A stretch of DNA of 64,000 bases from a bacterium (GCA_034439755.1 JAWXAZ010000122.1:2117-66116); one strand, 5' to 3'; positions 1-10,560 are shown, counted from the stretch's first letter. Notes: generated by a model not told the origin, from the sequence alone. A program made the numbers and translations.

Positions 1-779
1 GGGAATACCAAACTTGCAAGGTTAATTTATTTGCCATTCCATCGACCGATAAGCAGGTAAGTTTAAACTGCAGAATGATTTATCCAGCGGCTTTTGATTC
101 TACTAAGAAATACCCTGTTTTGGTTTATGTTTATGGTGGACCACATGCGCAAATGATTACCAACTCTTGGTTAGGAGGGGCCGACTTATGGCTGTATTAT
201 ATGGCACAGCAAGGTTATATTGTTTTTACCTTGGATAACAGAGGTAGCATGAACAGGGGATTAGAATTTGAGAATGCTACTTTTAGAAACTTAGGTAAGC
301 TAGAAATGGAAGATCAATTGGCAGGGGTAGCTTATCTTAAAAAGTTCACTTATGTAGACGCAAAAAGATTGGGCGTTTATGGCTGGAGCTTTGGTGGTTT
401 TATGAGTACTTCTTTGATGACACGCACGCCAGATATATTTAAAGTGGGTGTAGCAGGCGGACCCGTTATTGATTGGCGCATGTACGAAATTATGTATACC
501 GAGCGCTATATGGACATGCCACAAACCAATCCGCAGGGCTATCATGATGCAGATTTAACCAATTATGCCAAGGATTTAAAAGGTAAATTAATGTTGATTC
601 ATGGCACCAACGACAATGTGGTTTTATGGCAACATACCCTCACATATATAAAGAAATGTGTTGATGAAGGTGTGTTAATTGATTACTTTGTTTATCCTGG
701 TCACGAGCACAATGTTTTGGGTGCAGACAGGGTACATTTAATGCGCAAAATATCGCAATATTTTAAAGAGAATTTATAA
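1..779 (+). CDS. S9-family serine peptidase, dipeptidyl-peptidase IV-like catalytic domain (5' end outside window)
   Basis: Frame is open from base 3 to TAA 777-779. KKYPVLVYVYGGPHAQ, nucleophile elbow GWSFGG, then HGTNDNVV and GHEH fit the Ser/Asp/His region of prolyl-oligopeptidase-fold DPP-IV enzymes. Confidence 0.85.
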   Translation, partial: EYQTCKVNLFAIPSTDKQVSLNCRMIYPAAFDSTKKYPVLVYVYGGPHAQMITNSWLGGADLWLYYMAQQGYIVFTLDNRGSMNRGLEFENATFRNLGKLEMEDQLAGVAYLKKFTYVDAKRLGVYGWSFGGFMSTSLMTRTPDIFKVGVAGGPVIDWRMYEIMYTERYMDMPQTNPQGYHDADLTNYAKDLKGKLMLIHGTNDNVVLWQHTLTYIKKCVDEGVLIDYFVYPGHEHNVLGADRVHLMRKISQYFKENL

Positions 780-781
780 GG

Positions 782-2791
782 TTATTGAACCACAATTTTC
801 TGAACATGGCTAGATGAGCCAGAGGCTATTTTTAACAAATAGATTCCTGGATTTTGTCTAGCCATATTTATGTTTATTTGGTTGAGGCCTACCCTTGCTT
901 CTTCAAAATTTTGTTGCAGCAACAACTTTCCCTCCATAGAATAAAGGCTGGTTGCGATGGCATTGCTTTGAACCAATTGCACGTCTACTGTTAAGTTTTG
1001 TTGGTTTATAATTGGATTAGGATAACAAGAAACTTGTATGGTCTGAACCAATTTTTCTTGCGTGCCATTGATGTGATTTACGCGCGCATAGGCAGCACCA
1101 CCCGCATTAAAATAAGTACCACTTGCACCCGTTTCTAATTTGATGGCACGCACAGCATACTGGTAATTTCCGGTAACATAATTTTTATCGTGGTTGTATG
1201 TGGTGCCCGTTTCAGGCACATCATTGAGTCGGTAAAAAGTGTTGCTAAGCGTATCTACCAAATAAACGGCATAACCCAAACCAGGTTCAGAAACAGGCGA
1301 CCACAACAGTTTAACCACTTTATTTTCGCTGATGGCACTAAGGTTAGAAACCGCAGGTAAATTTTTCATGCGCAAGGTTGGATCGCCCATAAGGGCTATG
1401 TGCATTGAATTTTCTGATAAGTTAAATTGGCCAGAGAAATAGAAATTGGTATTGTTCTGGCTTATTTGAGTGCCTTTGCCGATGCGCTCTCCCAAGCCCA
1501 TGTGGTGCACATACCATTTGGGTATACCACCCCAAAAAGAAGCCAAACTTTTGGATGCAATGGGTGCCCGCAATAAATTATTTTGAACATCCCAATCGCC
1601 AAAAAAGCTACCGGCTAATATGGTAAATACATTTTCGAAACTATCGTTTACAAAACTTGTGGTGCTGCCAATGCCGTTGCAGTTTGTATAAGATCCGGCG
1701 CCACAACCATAACTCCAGAGGTAGGAGCCCTTTTTTTGAGCTGTAATATAATCGAGGGTATCGTAAGTTAGATTTGAACCCACCAAAGCGGCAAAATTTG
1801 CATAGCCCGTTGAGGCTAAATTTAGGGAGGCAAAATTATTATCTACCAAGGCACGTTCTTGCACCTTCCATACACCCGTTCTCCAAGCATGGTTTCTATC
1901 GAGATAAGCTGCTGTAAGTGCGGTATCGCTCTTTTTAAAAGCTGGCATATTAAATAAATCTACCCTTCCTACTTCTAATACGGCTTCGCTTGGGAGTTTG
2001 CTTTGATCAAACTTACCATCGCCTACCACATTATAATTTCTAGGTTGCGAACCTGTTTTACAATCCACCCAATCATCTGTAAGTCCGTTGCCCAAAATGC
2101 CATAAACCACATCGGCAGGCCAGGCGCCCGTGTGGTTTCCGCTTCCTTCCACATGGCCATCTGGTGGGGGTGTTTCTGAGTTAGAAGAATAATATCCAGA
2201 GTAAGGCACAGGAACATGACCCAATATAAACAAGCTGGCTGGCTTAATGAGGGCATTTTGATAAATGGCTTTCACCCTGTTGCGAACCGAATTAACCGCT
2301 TCTCCCCTACCTGCATAATCAATATACAACACATATCCTTCCTTGTATAAATCTGCTTGAAGTTGGTTAATTTGAGTGCTCAATGGCAAACGAAAATTGC
2401 TATCTATTAACAGGATAACGGCAGGATATTGTTTTGGTTCTGGAAAAGCATTTCCAGCATAAATATACCCCAAAGCCACATTGGTTGAACCTTGGCGTTT
2501 TACAATTTGATATTCGAACGCCTCTCCTTCTTTTACGGCAACATCTTTATATTGATTAAATGTACCCGCAATGCTGGCAATTGGCGCCGATCCCCAATTC
2601 TGAGTTTGTTGATTTAACCTTTTGTAAATATCATAATTGCCCGCAAAGTTTTCGTAAGGCCAAGTAAGCGTTATGCTGCCATCTGCATTTGCAGTGGCGC
2701 TTATTCTTATCACCTGCGTTTTGGCAATTTGAGCCATAGCGTGTATAGAAATTAGCAAACATATTAGCAGTAAATTATACCCCTTTTTCAT
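782..2791 (-). CDS. Secreted T9SS cargo protein, function unknown
   Basis: 669-aa ORF with signal peptide MKKGYNLLLICLLISIHAMAQ. The last ~80 aa (YPNPI...GIYLLKIASGSSSHVQKIVVQ) fit the T9SS type-A sorting domain pattern. The central domain was not identified. Confidence 0.6.
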   Translation of the reverse strand: MKKGYNLLLICLLISIHAMAQIAKTQVIRISATANADGSITLTWPYENFAGNYDIYKRLNQQTQNWGSAPIASIAGTFNQYKDVAVKEGEAFEYQIVKRQGSTNVALGYIYAGNAFPEPKQYPAVILLIDSNFRLPLSTQINQLQADLYKEGYVLYIDYAGRGEAVNSVRNRVKAIYQNALIKPASLFILGHVPVPYSGYYSSNSETPPPDGHVEGSGNHTGAWPADVVYGILGNGLTDDWVDCKTGSQPRNYNVVGDGKFDQSKLPSEAVLEVGRVDLFNMPAFKKSDTALTAAYLDRNHAWRTGVWKVQERALVDNNFASLNLASTGYANFAALVGSNLTYDTLDYITAQKKGSYLWSYGCGAGSYTNCNGIGSTTSFVNDSFENVFTILAGSFFGDWDVQNNLLRAPIASKSLASFWGGIPKWYVHHMGLGERIGKGTQISQNNTNFYFSGQFNLSENSMHIALMGDPTLRMKNLPAVSNLSAISENKVVKLLWSPVSEPGLGYAVYLVDTLSNTFYRLNDVPETGTTYNHDKNYVTGNYQYAVRAIKLETGASGTYFNAGGAAYARVNHINGTQEKLVQTIQVSCYPNPIINQQNLTVDVQLVQSNAIATSLYSMEGKLLLQQNFEEARVGLNQININMARQNPGIYLLKIASGSSSHVQKIVVQ

Positions 2792-3051
2792 ACTCTATTA
2801 TTTATTGGTTCAGACCGAATCAAATATATTAAAAAACGAATGGTAAGGAAAAAAGAAATAAGGGGTAAGCCAAAAACTCGGATTTTTACGGCGCAAAATA
2901 ATCTTAATAATATCTAAATATTTATAGTAATAGGCTTCCCATAACAGGCTGAAACCCTCTCTGGGCTTCAAAAATAAAAAAAACAGCGGCCAAACTGTAG
3001 CAAACTCTGGACAAGCTAAATAATGATGGAGAAATTTTATCTGTTTTAAGA

Positions 3052-3059
3052 TATATTTG
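3052..3059 (+). promoter_or_regulatory. Candidate Bacteroidota -7 promoter box (TATATTTG)
   Basis: Matches the TAnnTTTG consensus, 89 nt upstream of ATG 3148 in a 356-bp divergent intergenic region. Confidence 0.35.
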
Positions 3060-3147
3060 TTAGATTGAATTGGTGTGATTTCTTAGGAAGACCCACCATC
3101 TTGCTATATTAAAACTAAAAAAAATGTTGCTTCAAAACATCTAAATT

Positions 3148-6100
3148 ATGAATATGATGAAAAAACTACTGCTTGTCATTGCTCTATTTTCTCAATATTT
3201 TGCCTTTGCACAATTTCCCAATCACCTTAATGTTTCCTTGTTGCCTGCAACGCGTGGAAACATTTTGGATGTGGTAGATTTTAACAACGACACCTATGAG
3301 GATTTGGTTTATCAAAATGGCTTAACGGGCACCATTGATTTATACCAGAACAATTCTTCCTCGTTTCAAAAAGTGAATACTGCTTTTGGATTTCCGGTGA
3401 TAACGGGCAATGGAAACGGCACAGAGGGTGTTATCTCGTTTGATTATAACAACGATGGATACCAAGATTTGTTAATCATGCAATCTGGTGCAACTGGCTA
3501 TATGCGCTTGTTTAAAAACAATTGTGGCAGCAGTTTTACAGAGGTAAGCACGAGCATGAACATGCCTATAAATCCCAATATTACGGGGCAGTATATTACC
3601 AACGACCCCATTGTTGTGTTGAGCGATTATGATAAGGACAATGACATTGACATTGTGTTTGTGCGCTTTGCTTTGGGCGAATATAAAATTAGCGCGCTTA
3701 AGAATAATGGCAGTTCTTTTTTAGCGCCTATTGATATTATCTCGGGCTTTGGATCAAGCATTATTCCCATTATTGATTTCATAAATTACGACAATGATTT
3801 GGATGAGGATTTGTTGATTATTAAAAATACAGGGGTAAAACAATCATGTGAAATTTTGCTCTATGGCAACAATGGATCTGGCACCTTTAACTTAATATCG
3901 GGCACAGGACTTACCAATAGCAGTGCGGTAGGATTTGCCAATATTTCAGATTTAAATCAAGACGGATTTGCAGATATTTTATTAGGAACAAAAGACACGG
4001 TTCAGCCAGGATCACCGGTAAACATGGGCTTAAAGGTATTTAGAAACAACGGCGGCTTGGGTACCTTTACCGATATTACGGCAACCTATAATACACTTTC
4101 GACCACCAAAGGAGACTATTTTTTATCGCATATTTTCGACCTAGACAACGATGGTTTTAACGATGTACTTTGGGAAGTTAAACGCAATGATTCTACTTTT
4201 TCTACACCTGCCTTGATGCGCAACAATGGATTAAATGTTTTTTCAAATGAGCATTTAAACCTTATACCAAGTGCGGCAACCGATACCAATTCAAGCATGC
4301 GTTATGTTGTTTTTGATTATGACAACAATGGAACATTGGATATCTTTCAGCCAGGAGGCAGCAGTAATGCGCAACTGTTTAGCAACAGCAGTTCTGGCAA
4401 TAATTATTTAGCCATTACGCTTTATTCTTGTTCGGGTATGGCCGATCCAATTGGCGCAAGGGTATATGTGAAATCGGGCACCAAAAGAGTTTACACCACT
4501 TATACAGGGCAGGGAAATTCAACTGATGGCTTAGCAAAAAGCGAGAAAATTCACATGGGACTTGGGTCCAACTCTTTTATAGATTCACTGGTGGTGTATT
4601 GGCCAAATGGTAATGTTACGGTTCGAACCAATATTCTTGCCAACAACCATTATAAAATCATCAATGGCAACTGTAGAATTGCCGAACGTTTGGTTTTTGA
4701 TTTAGGGAACGACAGTATTTCGTATTGCAATGTTGACACGGCTATTTTCACGGCACCTAACGGCTACGCTAGATATTTGTGGAGCACTGGCGATACCACC
4801 ATTGGAACAAAAGTAACTCAAAGTGGTTGGTTATACTGCAATGTGTTTTTCTATGCAAATTGTACCTTAAGAGATAGTATCTATATTTCTATTGGGCAGG
4901 GAAGAATTGCACAAAATGATACCACCCTCCTTTTAGGACAAAGTTTAAATTTAGATGCATTGCCTAGATATGATTGCTCTTTATTTGGTTTGCCTGCTTA
5001 TAGAATTGTAAACCAGGGAGACAACCTAGGTGCAAGTTTAACCTATGTAAATTCGAGAAATGGACATCATTATTATAAATTTAATGCGGCAAGCGATTGG
5101 TCTACCGCGCAACGTGATGCATTGGCCTTAGGCGGACAATTGGTTGTAATAAACGACCAAGATGAAAATGACTTTATTGCCCAAGAACCTTCGCTAAACA
5201 ACACCAATTTATGGATAGGCTTATATAGAGAAAATAATCCAAACGAACCCTTTAAATGGGTTAATTGCGATGAATTAAACTATATCAATTGGTCGAATTT
5301 ATTTGCCTCGCCAAGTACCTTTCCTAATGAACAACATGTTTATTTTAGGGCCACAGGCTGCCCTGATGCTGGAACTTGGAAAAACACAGATGAGACACAA
5401 AGTAGTCCTGACCCTTGCGAATCGAATATTTTTGGATTGGTAGAATTTGATAACAGCAAGGCAACATCGTATTTATGGAATACAAGTGAAATAACACAAA
5501 GTATCAATGTTGCCCCAACTACAAGCAGTATTTATTTTGTGGAGGTAACTCAAAACAACAAGACTTGTTTTGGTTCCATAAATATAGAGATGCTTGATCC
5601 TAGTCAGCTCATATTGTTTGATTCGATAACAGATTGCACCGCAAATTCCATTCAAGTTACTGCCAATACAACAGGATGGCAATCTTATTTATGGAATACA
5701 AGCGATACTGCTAGAACCATACAAATAACACAAACCGGATGGTATACCATAACAGCGCTTTACGGCGGCAGTGTTGGTTCAGACAGTATTTATGTAAGCT
5801 TACCTAAAACAGGAATTTTAAGCCCAGACACCACAATTTGTGCGGGTTCTAATTTGTATATACGTGGACCAATTTTGCCATTTGTGGTGCAGCAAGCGCA
5901 TAGGCAAAACTTTCAATCGGGTATATTTCCGAATTACAGTTCTACTAGTAATTTTAGCTTTAATAGCACCAAAGTTTTGGGGCCATTTGCCAATGATTCT
6001 GTGACCTATTTGCTACCTTCTATTCCGGTACACGATTCTATTACGGTGAGTTTTGATTTGTATTTGCACGATACTTGGGAAGGAAATTGTGGTGCAGTTG

Positions 6101-9100
6101 GGCCCGATAGATTTAAATTTTACCAAGGCAATAGTGCGGTTTTGAATGAGACGTTTTCTAACTCGCCATCATGCACGCAATCTTATACCAATACTGGTGT
6201 AGCAGGCAATTATCCAGCCTTTACGGGCGCGGCAATTACGGGACTACCGCAAAGATGTCACATCAGTGGAACCACTTCAAAATATACCATTACCAAATCG
6301 TTTAAACACAGTGCGCCTAGTTTGGTTTTATCTTGGTTGGCTTTGTTACAAGACACTTCAGATAACTCTAGTTTGTGTAACGAAAGTTGGTCTATAGACA
6401 ATGTGATTGTAAATTATAGAGTGCCAACAAAAGTACTTTGGTCTACTGGAGATACTTCTCAAAATATTTTATTTAATGCCACTAATGCAAGTGAAATGAT
6501 TTGGTTAAGGGTGCCCAATGGAACGGATTTTTGTTATGATACCATAACGGTAAACACCTATCCTGGAAGTTTGCCTTTACAATTATTTGCGATAGATACT
6601 TTGTTTGAATGCAATGTGTATTCAACCATTTTGTCGATGCCTCCTGGTCACAGCAAATACAGGTGGAGCAATGGTGATACGCTTGAGTCTACCAACTTGT
6701 ATAATGAAGGATGGTATTCTGGCTATATTGAAAATGCATCGGGTTGTGCTAGCTACGACAGTGTATATTATAATGTAAATCATTTTAGTTTAAACATGAC
6801 AGACACTACAATTTGTGCTGGCAATACCATTAAGATTGAATCGAGTTTAAACAACAACGCAACTGATTTTCCTGGTCCGGCAAATGTGGCTTATATACCA
6901 GGACAAATATTGGCGGGGTATACCTATTTAGGGGCTTATAGAGGACATCATTATTATCAAGCAACGGTGAGTGGAAGTTGGGAAAGTTCGGTTCAAAAAG
7001 CTTTTGCAGTAGGAGGTTACCTTGCCTGTATCAATGATTCATTGGAGCAAAATTTCATTAGCAATTTAACAGATAGCAATGTGTGGATTGGTTTGTTTAA
7101 ATCGAGAAGCGGGTATTATAAGTGGATGAACAATGACACCTTAACTTATAAGCATTGGGGTACATCGCAGCCAAGTATTAGTCCTAAGGATTATGCTTAT
7201 ATCATGGGTTCAAATTGTGTTCAAAAAGGCAAATGGGCCACCCATGTAAATACCGATATTACTGCAATTGATCCTTGCGATAAAAACGCGTTTGGTTTGT
7301 TAGAAATAACCCCAACGCAATATGATTATTTATGGTCTACAGCAGCTACTTCAAGCACCATATTGATATCGCCTACCGCAGATCAAATTGTTAATTTAAC
7401 CATTACAAGAACCAAAAACAATGTGGCTAGTACCTGCTCGGCCGGAGAGGTGAATGTTAACATGGTGGCCGCACCAATTGTTACGGGTAAAACAGAAAAT
7501 TGTTTAAACAGCACGAGTGCTTATACCACTGTTTCTAAAACAGGCAGGTCTTATTTTTGGTTTGTTACAGGTGGTACTATTACATCTGGACAAGGAACCA
7601 ATAGGGTGAATGTAAATTGGAATCAAGTTGGGGCTGGCACGGTGGTTTTACGTGATTCTATTTTGGCAACAGGTTGTGTTATTTATTCTGATACTTTGCG
7701 AATTAATACGGTGCAATTGTTTGCACCAACTATTACGGGTGATAGCACTGTATGCCAAGGACAATTGATTTTTTATAGTATTCCGCTAGACACAAACTAT
7801 ACAAGAACGTGGTTTATTTCGGGGGGTACCATTGTATCTGGACAAGGAACAGACAGTATAAAAGTAAACTGGACAGGCAGTGGAAATGTGAACGTAAGCG
7901 TTTTGGTTCGGCACAAACCTACTAATTGTAATGCACCTTTGGCTTCCTTCCCTGTTACCATTTCTGTTTCCCCAAATCCTGTGATGACGGGCTTGGATAC
8001 TGCTTGTGTAAACACCGTAAACTTATATACCATACCGTTTAATGTGGGCAGAAAATATGTGTGGACAGTAGCGGGAGGAAGCATTGTATCTGGTCAAAAT
8101 ACAGATAGCCTTCGCGTATTGTGGGGCATCGGTGGAACAGGATCGGTTCAAGCCATGGATTCTATTTTGGCATCTGGTTGCTACGCAATTACTAGTTTAA
8201 AAGTGGTTACGATTAGCTCTTTGTTAGTACCCATAATTGTAGGCTCTAGCGCTGTTTGTGAGAACTCAATTGTATCGTATAGTACAACGGGCAATATTGG
8301 TAGAACCTACCGTTGGACAATTACAGGTGGTAACATTGTATCTGGTTTGGGTACTGCTGCCATCAATGTAGTTTGGGGAACGCCAGGAACAGGAACACTG
8401 CAAGTATTAGATTCAATAAATGCTACAGGATGTAAATCTGTATCGAATAATTTTAACGTGAGCATAGACTCATTGCCACAACCCATTATAAATGGCAGCA
8501 ATGCGAAATGTAATGGTGAAATTACCTTTTATTCAATTCCAAGCAAAGCAGGACATAGCTATAATTGGACCGTAACTTTAGGCAATATTTTAAGCGGACA
8601 AGGAACTTCAACCATTCAGGTTATTTGGCCAATAATTGGTTCTGGCACGGTGAGTGTAATTGATTCGATTGTTGCTACGGGATGTTCTGGAACAGCACCT
8701 TTATTTACGGTAATGGTGAATGCTAAGCCAAATCCACTTATTAGTGGAATTCAATCTATTTGTGTGGGAACTACTGCTAGTTATACTACTCCAAATAATT
8801 TGGGCCGAACCTATACATGGCTGGTGAATAATGGAACCATTGTGAGTGGACAAGGCAGTTCTACCATTTCTGTTTTGTGGAATGTGGTTGGCAGTGGATT
8901 TTTAAATGTAACGGATTCTGTAAATTTAACCGGATGTAAATCTGTTACATCAAATTATAACGTGAGTGTGGTGGCAGTGCCATCGCCAATTATTACTGGA
9001 AAAGACACGGTATGTGAATTATCGTTGCAGACTTATTCGGTTCCATTTAATGCGGGTCGCAGTTACAAATGGAATGTAATAGGTGGCAGCATTGTTGGGG

Positions 9101-10254
9101 GAAGTGGAACAAACTCAGTAGATGTTTTATGGGGCGCGTTTGGTTCAGGCAGTATAACGCTAAGCGACTCTAATAACACAACGGGATGTATAGGCAACGC
9201 AACATTGGCTAATGTATATATACAAACCTTGCCACAGCCAGTGGTGAATGGGGCAACCAGCGTTTGCGTAAACGGCATTTCGTCTTATAATACGCCACCG
9301 AGTTTGGGTAGAACGTATACTTGGGTGGTAACAGGTGGAACCATAGTTTCTGGTTTTGGAACGGCTGGCATTGATGTAAATTGGGGCAGTGTAGGAACCG
9401 GAACTGTTGTGGTTACAGATAGCATAGATGCAACGGGTTGTTATGGCGTTTCGGCTACTATTACGGTGAATATTCAGGCTAAACCAAGCACCTTTATTAG
9501 TGGTACAAATACCATTTGCGAATTGGGTATTGCCATGTATGGCACCATCAATAATTTAAACAAATTTTATGATTGGAATGTGTTAGGCGGCAATATTAAT
9601 TTTGGTCAGGGTACTTCTAATATTTCTGTAACATGGGCAAGTGCCGGTGTTGGATATGTGTATTTAACCGACTCGCTCATTGGGGCAAATTGTTCTGCAA
9701 GCACTTACTTGGGAGTTCAAGTAAATTCAATACCAAGTGCAGGCTTTAACTACGCTCAAACGGCAGGTGGTGTTAAGTTAACGCCAATAGATAACACGGT
9801 TAGCTGTAAATGGTATTTTGGCGATGGCGATTCTAGTTACACATTTTCGCCTTATCATGCTTATGCAAATAATGGCATATACACCGTTACCTTGCAAACT
9901 AGAAGCATATTTGGTTGCTTAAATGAAAGCTCAACCGATGTAAACATAAGTACGGTTGGCTTGTCACAAGAAGCCTTGGCGCATCACTTTAAATTTGTGG
10001 CGCAGCCAAATCCATTTACAGAACAAACTAAGCTAACACTAACTTTAAAAGAAAGTGCCGATATTAGTTTGGAAGTATTTGACATGAGTGGCAGACTGGT
10101 TCATACTTACACGCAAGGTCAGTTGCACTTGGCAGGCACATATGAGTTTGGGTTTAATTCTGCCGATTTCCAAACTAGCGGCGGCGTGTATTTGGTGAGG
10201 ATCAAAGTGAATGAAGACTACAGGCATTTGAGAATCATTGAGCTGGGCAGATAG
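3148..10254 (+). CDS. Giant multidomain T9SS-secreted adhesin-like protein (FG-GAP/UnbV, two C-type-lectin-like modules, nine Ig-like repeats, PKD, T9SS CTD)
   Basis: 2368-aa ORF with signal peptide. It has FG-GAP/VCBS-type D-x-D-x-DG repeats and an UnbV/ASPIC-like segment (nt ~3240-4640). Two lectin-like modules carry WIGL and paired Cys (nt ~5040-5455 and ~6930-7310). Y(L/R)WS(T/N)GDT motifs recur. A PKD signature WYFGDGDSS...YTVTL lies at nt ~9765-9950, and the C-terminal QPNPF...GGVYLVRIKV sorting domain at nt ~9990-10251. Confidence 0.85.
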   Translation: MNMMKKLLLVIALFSQYFAFAQFPNHLNVSLLPATRGNILDVVDFNNDTYEDLVYQNGLTGTIDLYQNNSSSFQKVNTAFGFPVITGNGNGTEGVISFDYNNDGYQDLLIMQSGATGYMRLFKNNCGSSFTEVSTSMNMPINPNITGQYITNDPIVVLSDYDKDNDIDIVFVRFALGEYKISALKNNGSSFLAPIDIISGFGSSIIPIIDFINYDNDLDEDLLIIKNTGVKQSCEILLYGNNGSGTFNLISGTGLTNSSAVGFANISDLNQDGFADILLGTKDTVQPGSPVNMGLKVFRNNGGLGTFTDITATYNTLSTTKGDYFLSHIFDLDNDGFNDVLWEVKRNDSTFSTPALMRNNGLNVFSNEHLNLIPSAATDTNSSMRYVVFDYDNNGTLDIFQPGGSSNAQLFSNSSSGNNYLAITLYSCSGMADPIGARVYVKSGTKRVYTTYTGQGNSTDGLAKSEKIHMGLGSNSFIDSLVVYWPNGNVTVRTNILANNHYKIINGNCRIAERLVFDLGNDSISYCNVDTAIFTAPNGYARYLWSTGDTTIGTKVTQSGWLYCNVFFYANCTLRDSIYISIGQGRIAQNDTTLLLGQSLNLDALPRYDCSLFGLPAYRIVNQGDNLGASLTYVNSRNGHHYYKFNAASDWSTAQRDALALGGQLVVINDQDENDFIAQEPSLNNTNLWIGLYRENNPNEPFKWVNCDELNYINWSNLFASPSTFPNEQHVYFRATGCPDAGTWKNTDETQSSPDPCESNIFGLVEFDNSKATSYLWNTSEITQSINVAPTTSSIYFVEVTQNNKTCFGSINIEMLDPSQLILFDSITDCTANSIQVTANTTGWQSYLWNTSDTARTIQITQTGWYTITALYGGSVGSDSIYVSLPKTGILSPDTTICAGSNLYIRGPILPFVVQQAHRQNFQSGIFPNYSSTSNFSFNSTKVLGPFANDSVTYLLPSIPVHDSITVSFDLYLHDTWEGNCGAVGPDRFKFYQGNSAVLNETFSNSPSCTQSYTNTGVAGNYPAFTGAAITGLPQRCHISGTTSKYTITKSFKHSAPSLVLSWLALLQDTSDNSSLCNESWSIDNVIVNYRVPTKVLWSTGDTSQNILFNATNASEMIWLRVPNGTDFCYDTITVNTYPGSLPLQLFAIDTLFECNVYSTILSMPPGHSKYRWSNGDTLESTNLYNEGWYSGYIENASGCASYDSVYYNVNHFSLNMTDTTICAGNTIKIESSLNNNATDFPGPANVAYIPGQILAGYTYLGAYRGHHYYQATVSGSWESSVQKAFAVGGYLACINDSLEQNFISNLTDSNVWIGLFKSRSGYYKWMNNDTLTYKHWGTSQPSISPKDYAYIMGSNCVQKGKWATHVNTDITAIDPCDKNAFGLLEITPTQYDYLWSTAATSSTILISPTADQIVNLTITRTKNNVASTCSAGEVNVNMVAAPIVTGKTENCLNSTSAYTTVSKTGRSYFWFVTGGTITSGQGTNRVNVNWNQVGAGTVVLRDSILATGCVIYSDTLRINTVQLFAPTITGDSTVCQGQLIFYSIPLDTNYTRTWFISGGTIVSGQGTDSIKVNWTGSGNVNVSVLVRHKPTNCNAPLASFPVTISVSPNPVMTGLDTACVNTVNLYTIPFNVGRKYVWTVAGGSIVSGQNTDSLRVLWGIGGTGSVQAMDSILASGCYAITSLKVVTISSLLVPIIVGSSAVCENSIVSYSTTGNIGRTYRWTITGGNIVSGLGTAAINVVWGTPGTGTLQVLDSINATGCKSVSNNFNVSIDSLPQPIINGSNAKCNGEITFYSIPSKAGHSYNWTVTLGNILSGQGTSTIQVIWPIIGSGTVSVIDSIVATGCSGTAPLFTVMVNAKPNPLISGIQSICVGTTASYTTPNNLGRTYTWLVNNGTIVSGQGSSTISVLWNVVGSGFLNVTDSVNLTGCKSVTSNYNVSVVAVPSPIITGKDTVCELSLQTYSVPFNAGRSYKWNVIGGSIVGGSGTNSVDVLWGAFGSGSITLSDSNNTTGCIGNATLANVYIQTLPQPVVNGATSVCVNGISSYNTPPSLGRTYTWVVTGGTIVSGFGTAGIDVNWGSVGTGTVVVTDSIDATGCYGVSATITVNIQAKPSTFISGTNTICELGIAMYGTINNLNKFYDWNVLGGNINFGQGTSNISVTWASAGVGYVYLTDSLIGANCSASTYLGVQVNSIPSAGFNYAQTAGGVKLTPIDNTVSCKWYFGDGDSSYTFSPYHAYANNGIYTVTLQTRSIFGCLNESSTDVNISTVGLSQEALAHHFKFVAQPNPFTEQTKLTLTLKESADISLEVFDMSGRLVHTYTQGQLHLAGTYEFGFNSADFQTSGGVYLVRIKVNEDYRHLRIIELGR
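7471..9732 (+). repeat. Nine tandem ~84-aa (about 252-nt) coding repeats inside the giant gene
   Basis: Each unit follows P-x-I/V-x-G-x5-C-x6-Y-x9-Y-x-W-x-V-x-GG-x-I-x-SGQGT-x3-V-x-W-x3-G-x-G-x-V-x5-N/A-x-GC. 2262 nt divided by 9 gives about 251 nt per unit. Confidence 0.85.
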
Positions 10255-10322
10255 GAAGAAGAGGGAAGAATTAACAGAAAGAAGAAACAAGAAGAGGGAA
10301 GAGAGATAGGAAGCGGGAAGAA

Positions 10323-10385
10323 GAGAAACAGAATGAGAAAGAGGAATAAATCACTCTTACTTATTTTGTTTCTCTTTTTTTGTTT
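10323..10385 (+). terminator. Long-stem rho-independent terminator of the giant gene
   Basis: GAGAAACAGAATGAGAAAGAG (10323-10343) pairs with CTCTTACTTATTTTGTTTCTC (10354-10374): 18 Watson-Crick pairs, 2 G-U and 1 mismatch, with a 10-nt loop. It is followed by TTTTTTTGTTTT. Confidence 0.7.
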
Positions 10386-10483
10386 TGGGAGTTATTTTAA
10401 AGAGCACGACCCACCATTTAAATCTGATATGAACACTAGGGGTTTAAACTAAAAAAAAACGGACTCAAAAACGGAGACCGTTT

Positions 10484-10560
10484 TAGTAGATGGGAATAGG
10501 ATGGAACTGCCCACCGCCCCAGGCGGATATGAATCCTAACAATATCATTTTGGGGATTAC
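10484..10560 (-). pseudogene. Degenerate tRNA-like remnant resembling the 3' part of the adjacent tRNA(CAT)
   Basis: Shares AGGAT(C/G)GAACTGCCCACC (10498-10515) and ATGAATCCTA (10529-10538) with the tRNA gene about 80 nt away. Acceptor, D-arm and T-stem pairing are lost. Confidence 0.35.

Noticed and set aside
782-2791. Calling the 669-aa T9SS cargo a C25/gingipain-like cysteine peptidase from LFILGHVPVP and WSYGCGAG segments
   Set aside because: The resemblance is too weak to assert without a profile search, and the spacing and context of a His/Cys dyad could not be verified by eye.
7797-9278. Minus-strand ORFs of 64-95 aa inside the giant gene (7797-8084, 8307-8501, 9063-9278)
   Set aside because: They recur at the repeat period because the repeated coding sequence happens to lack stops in one antisense frame. 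They are mutually similar for that reason only.
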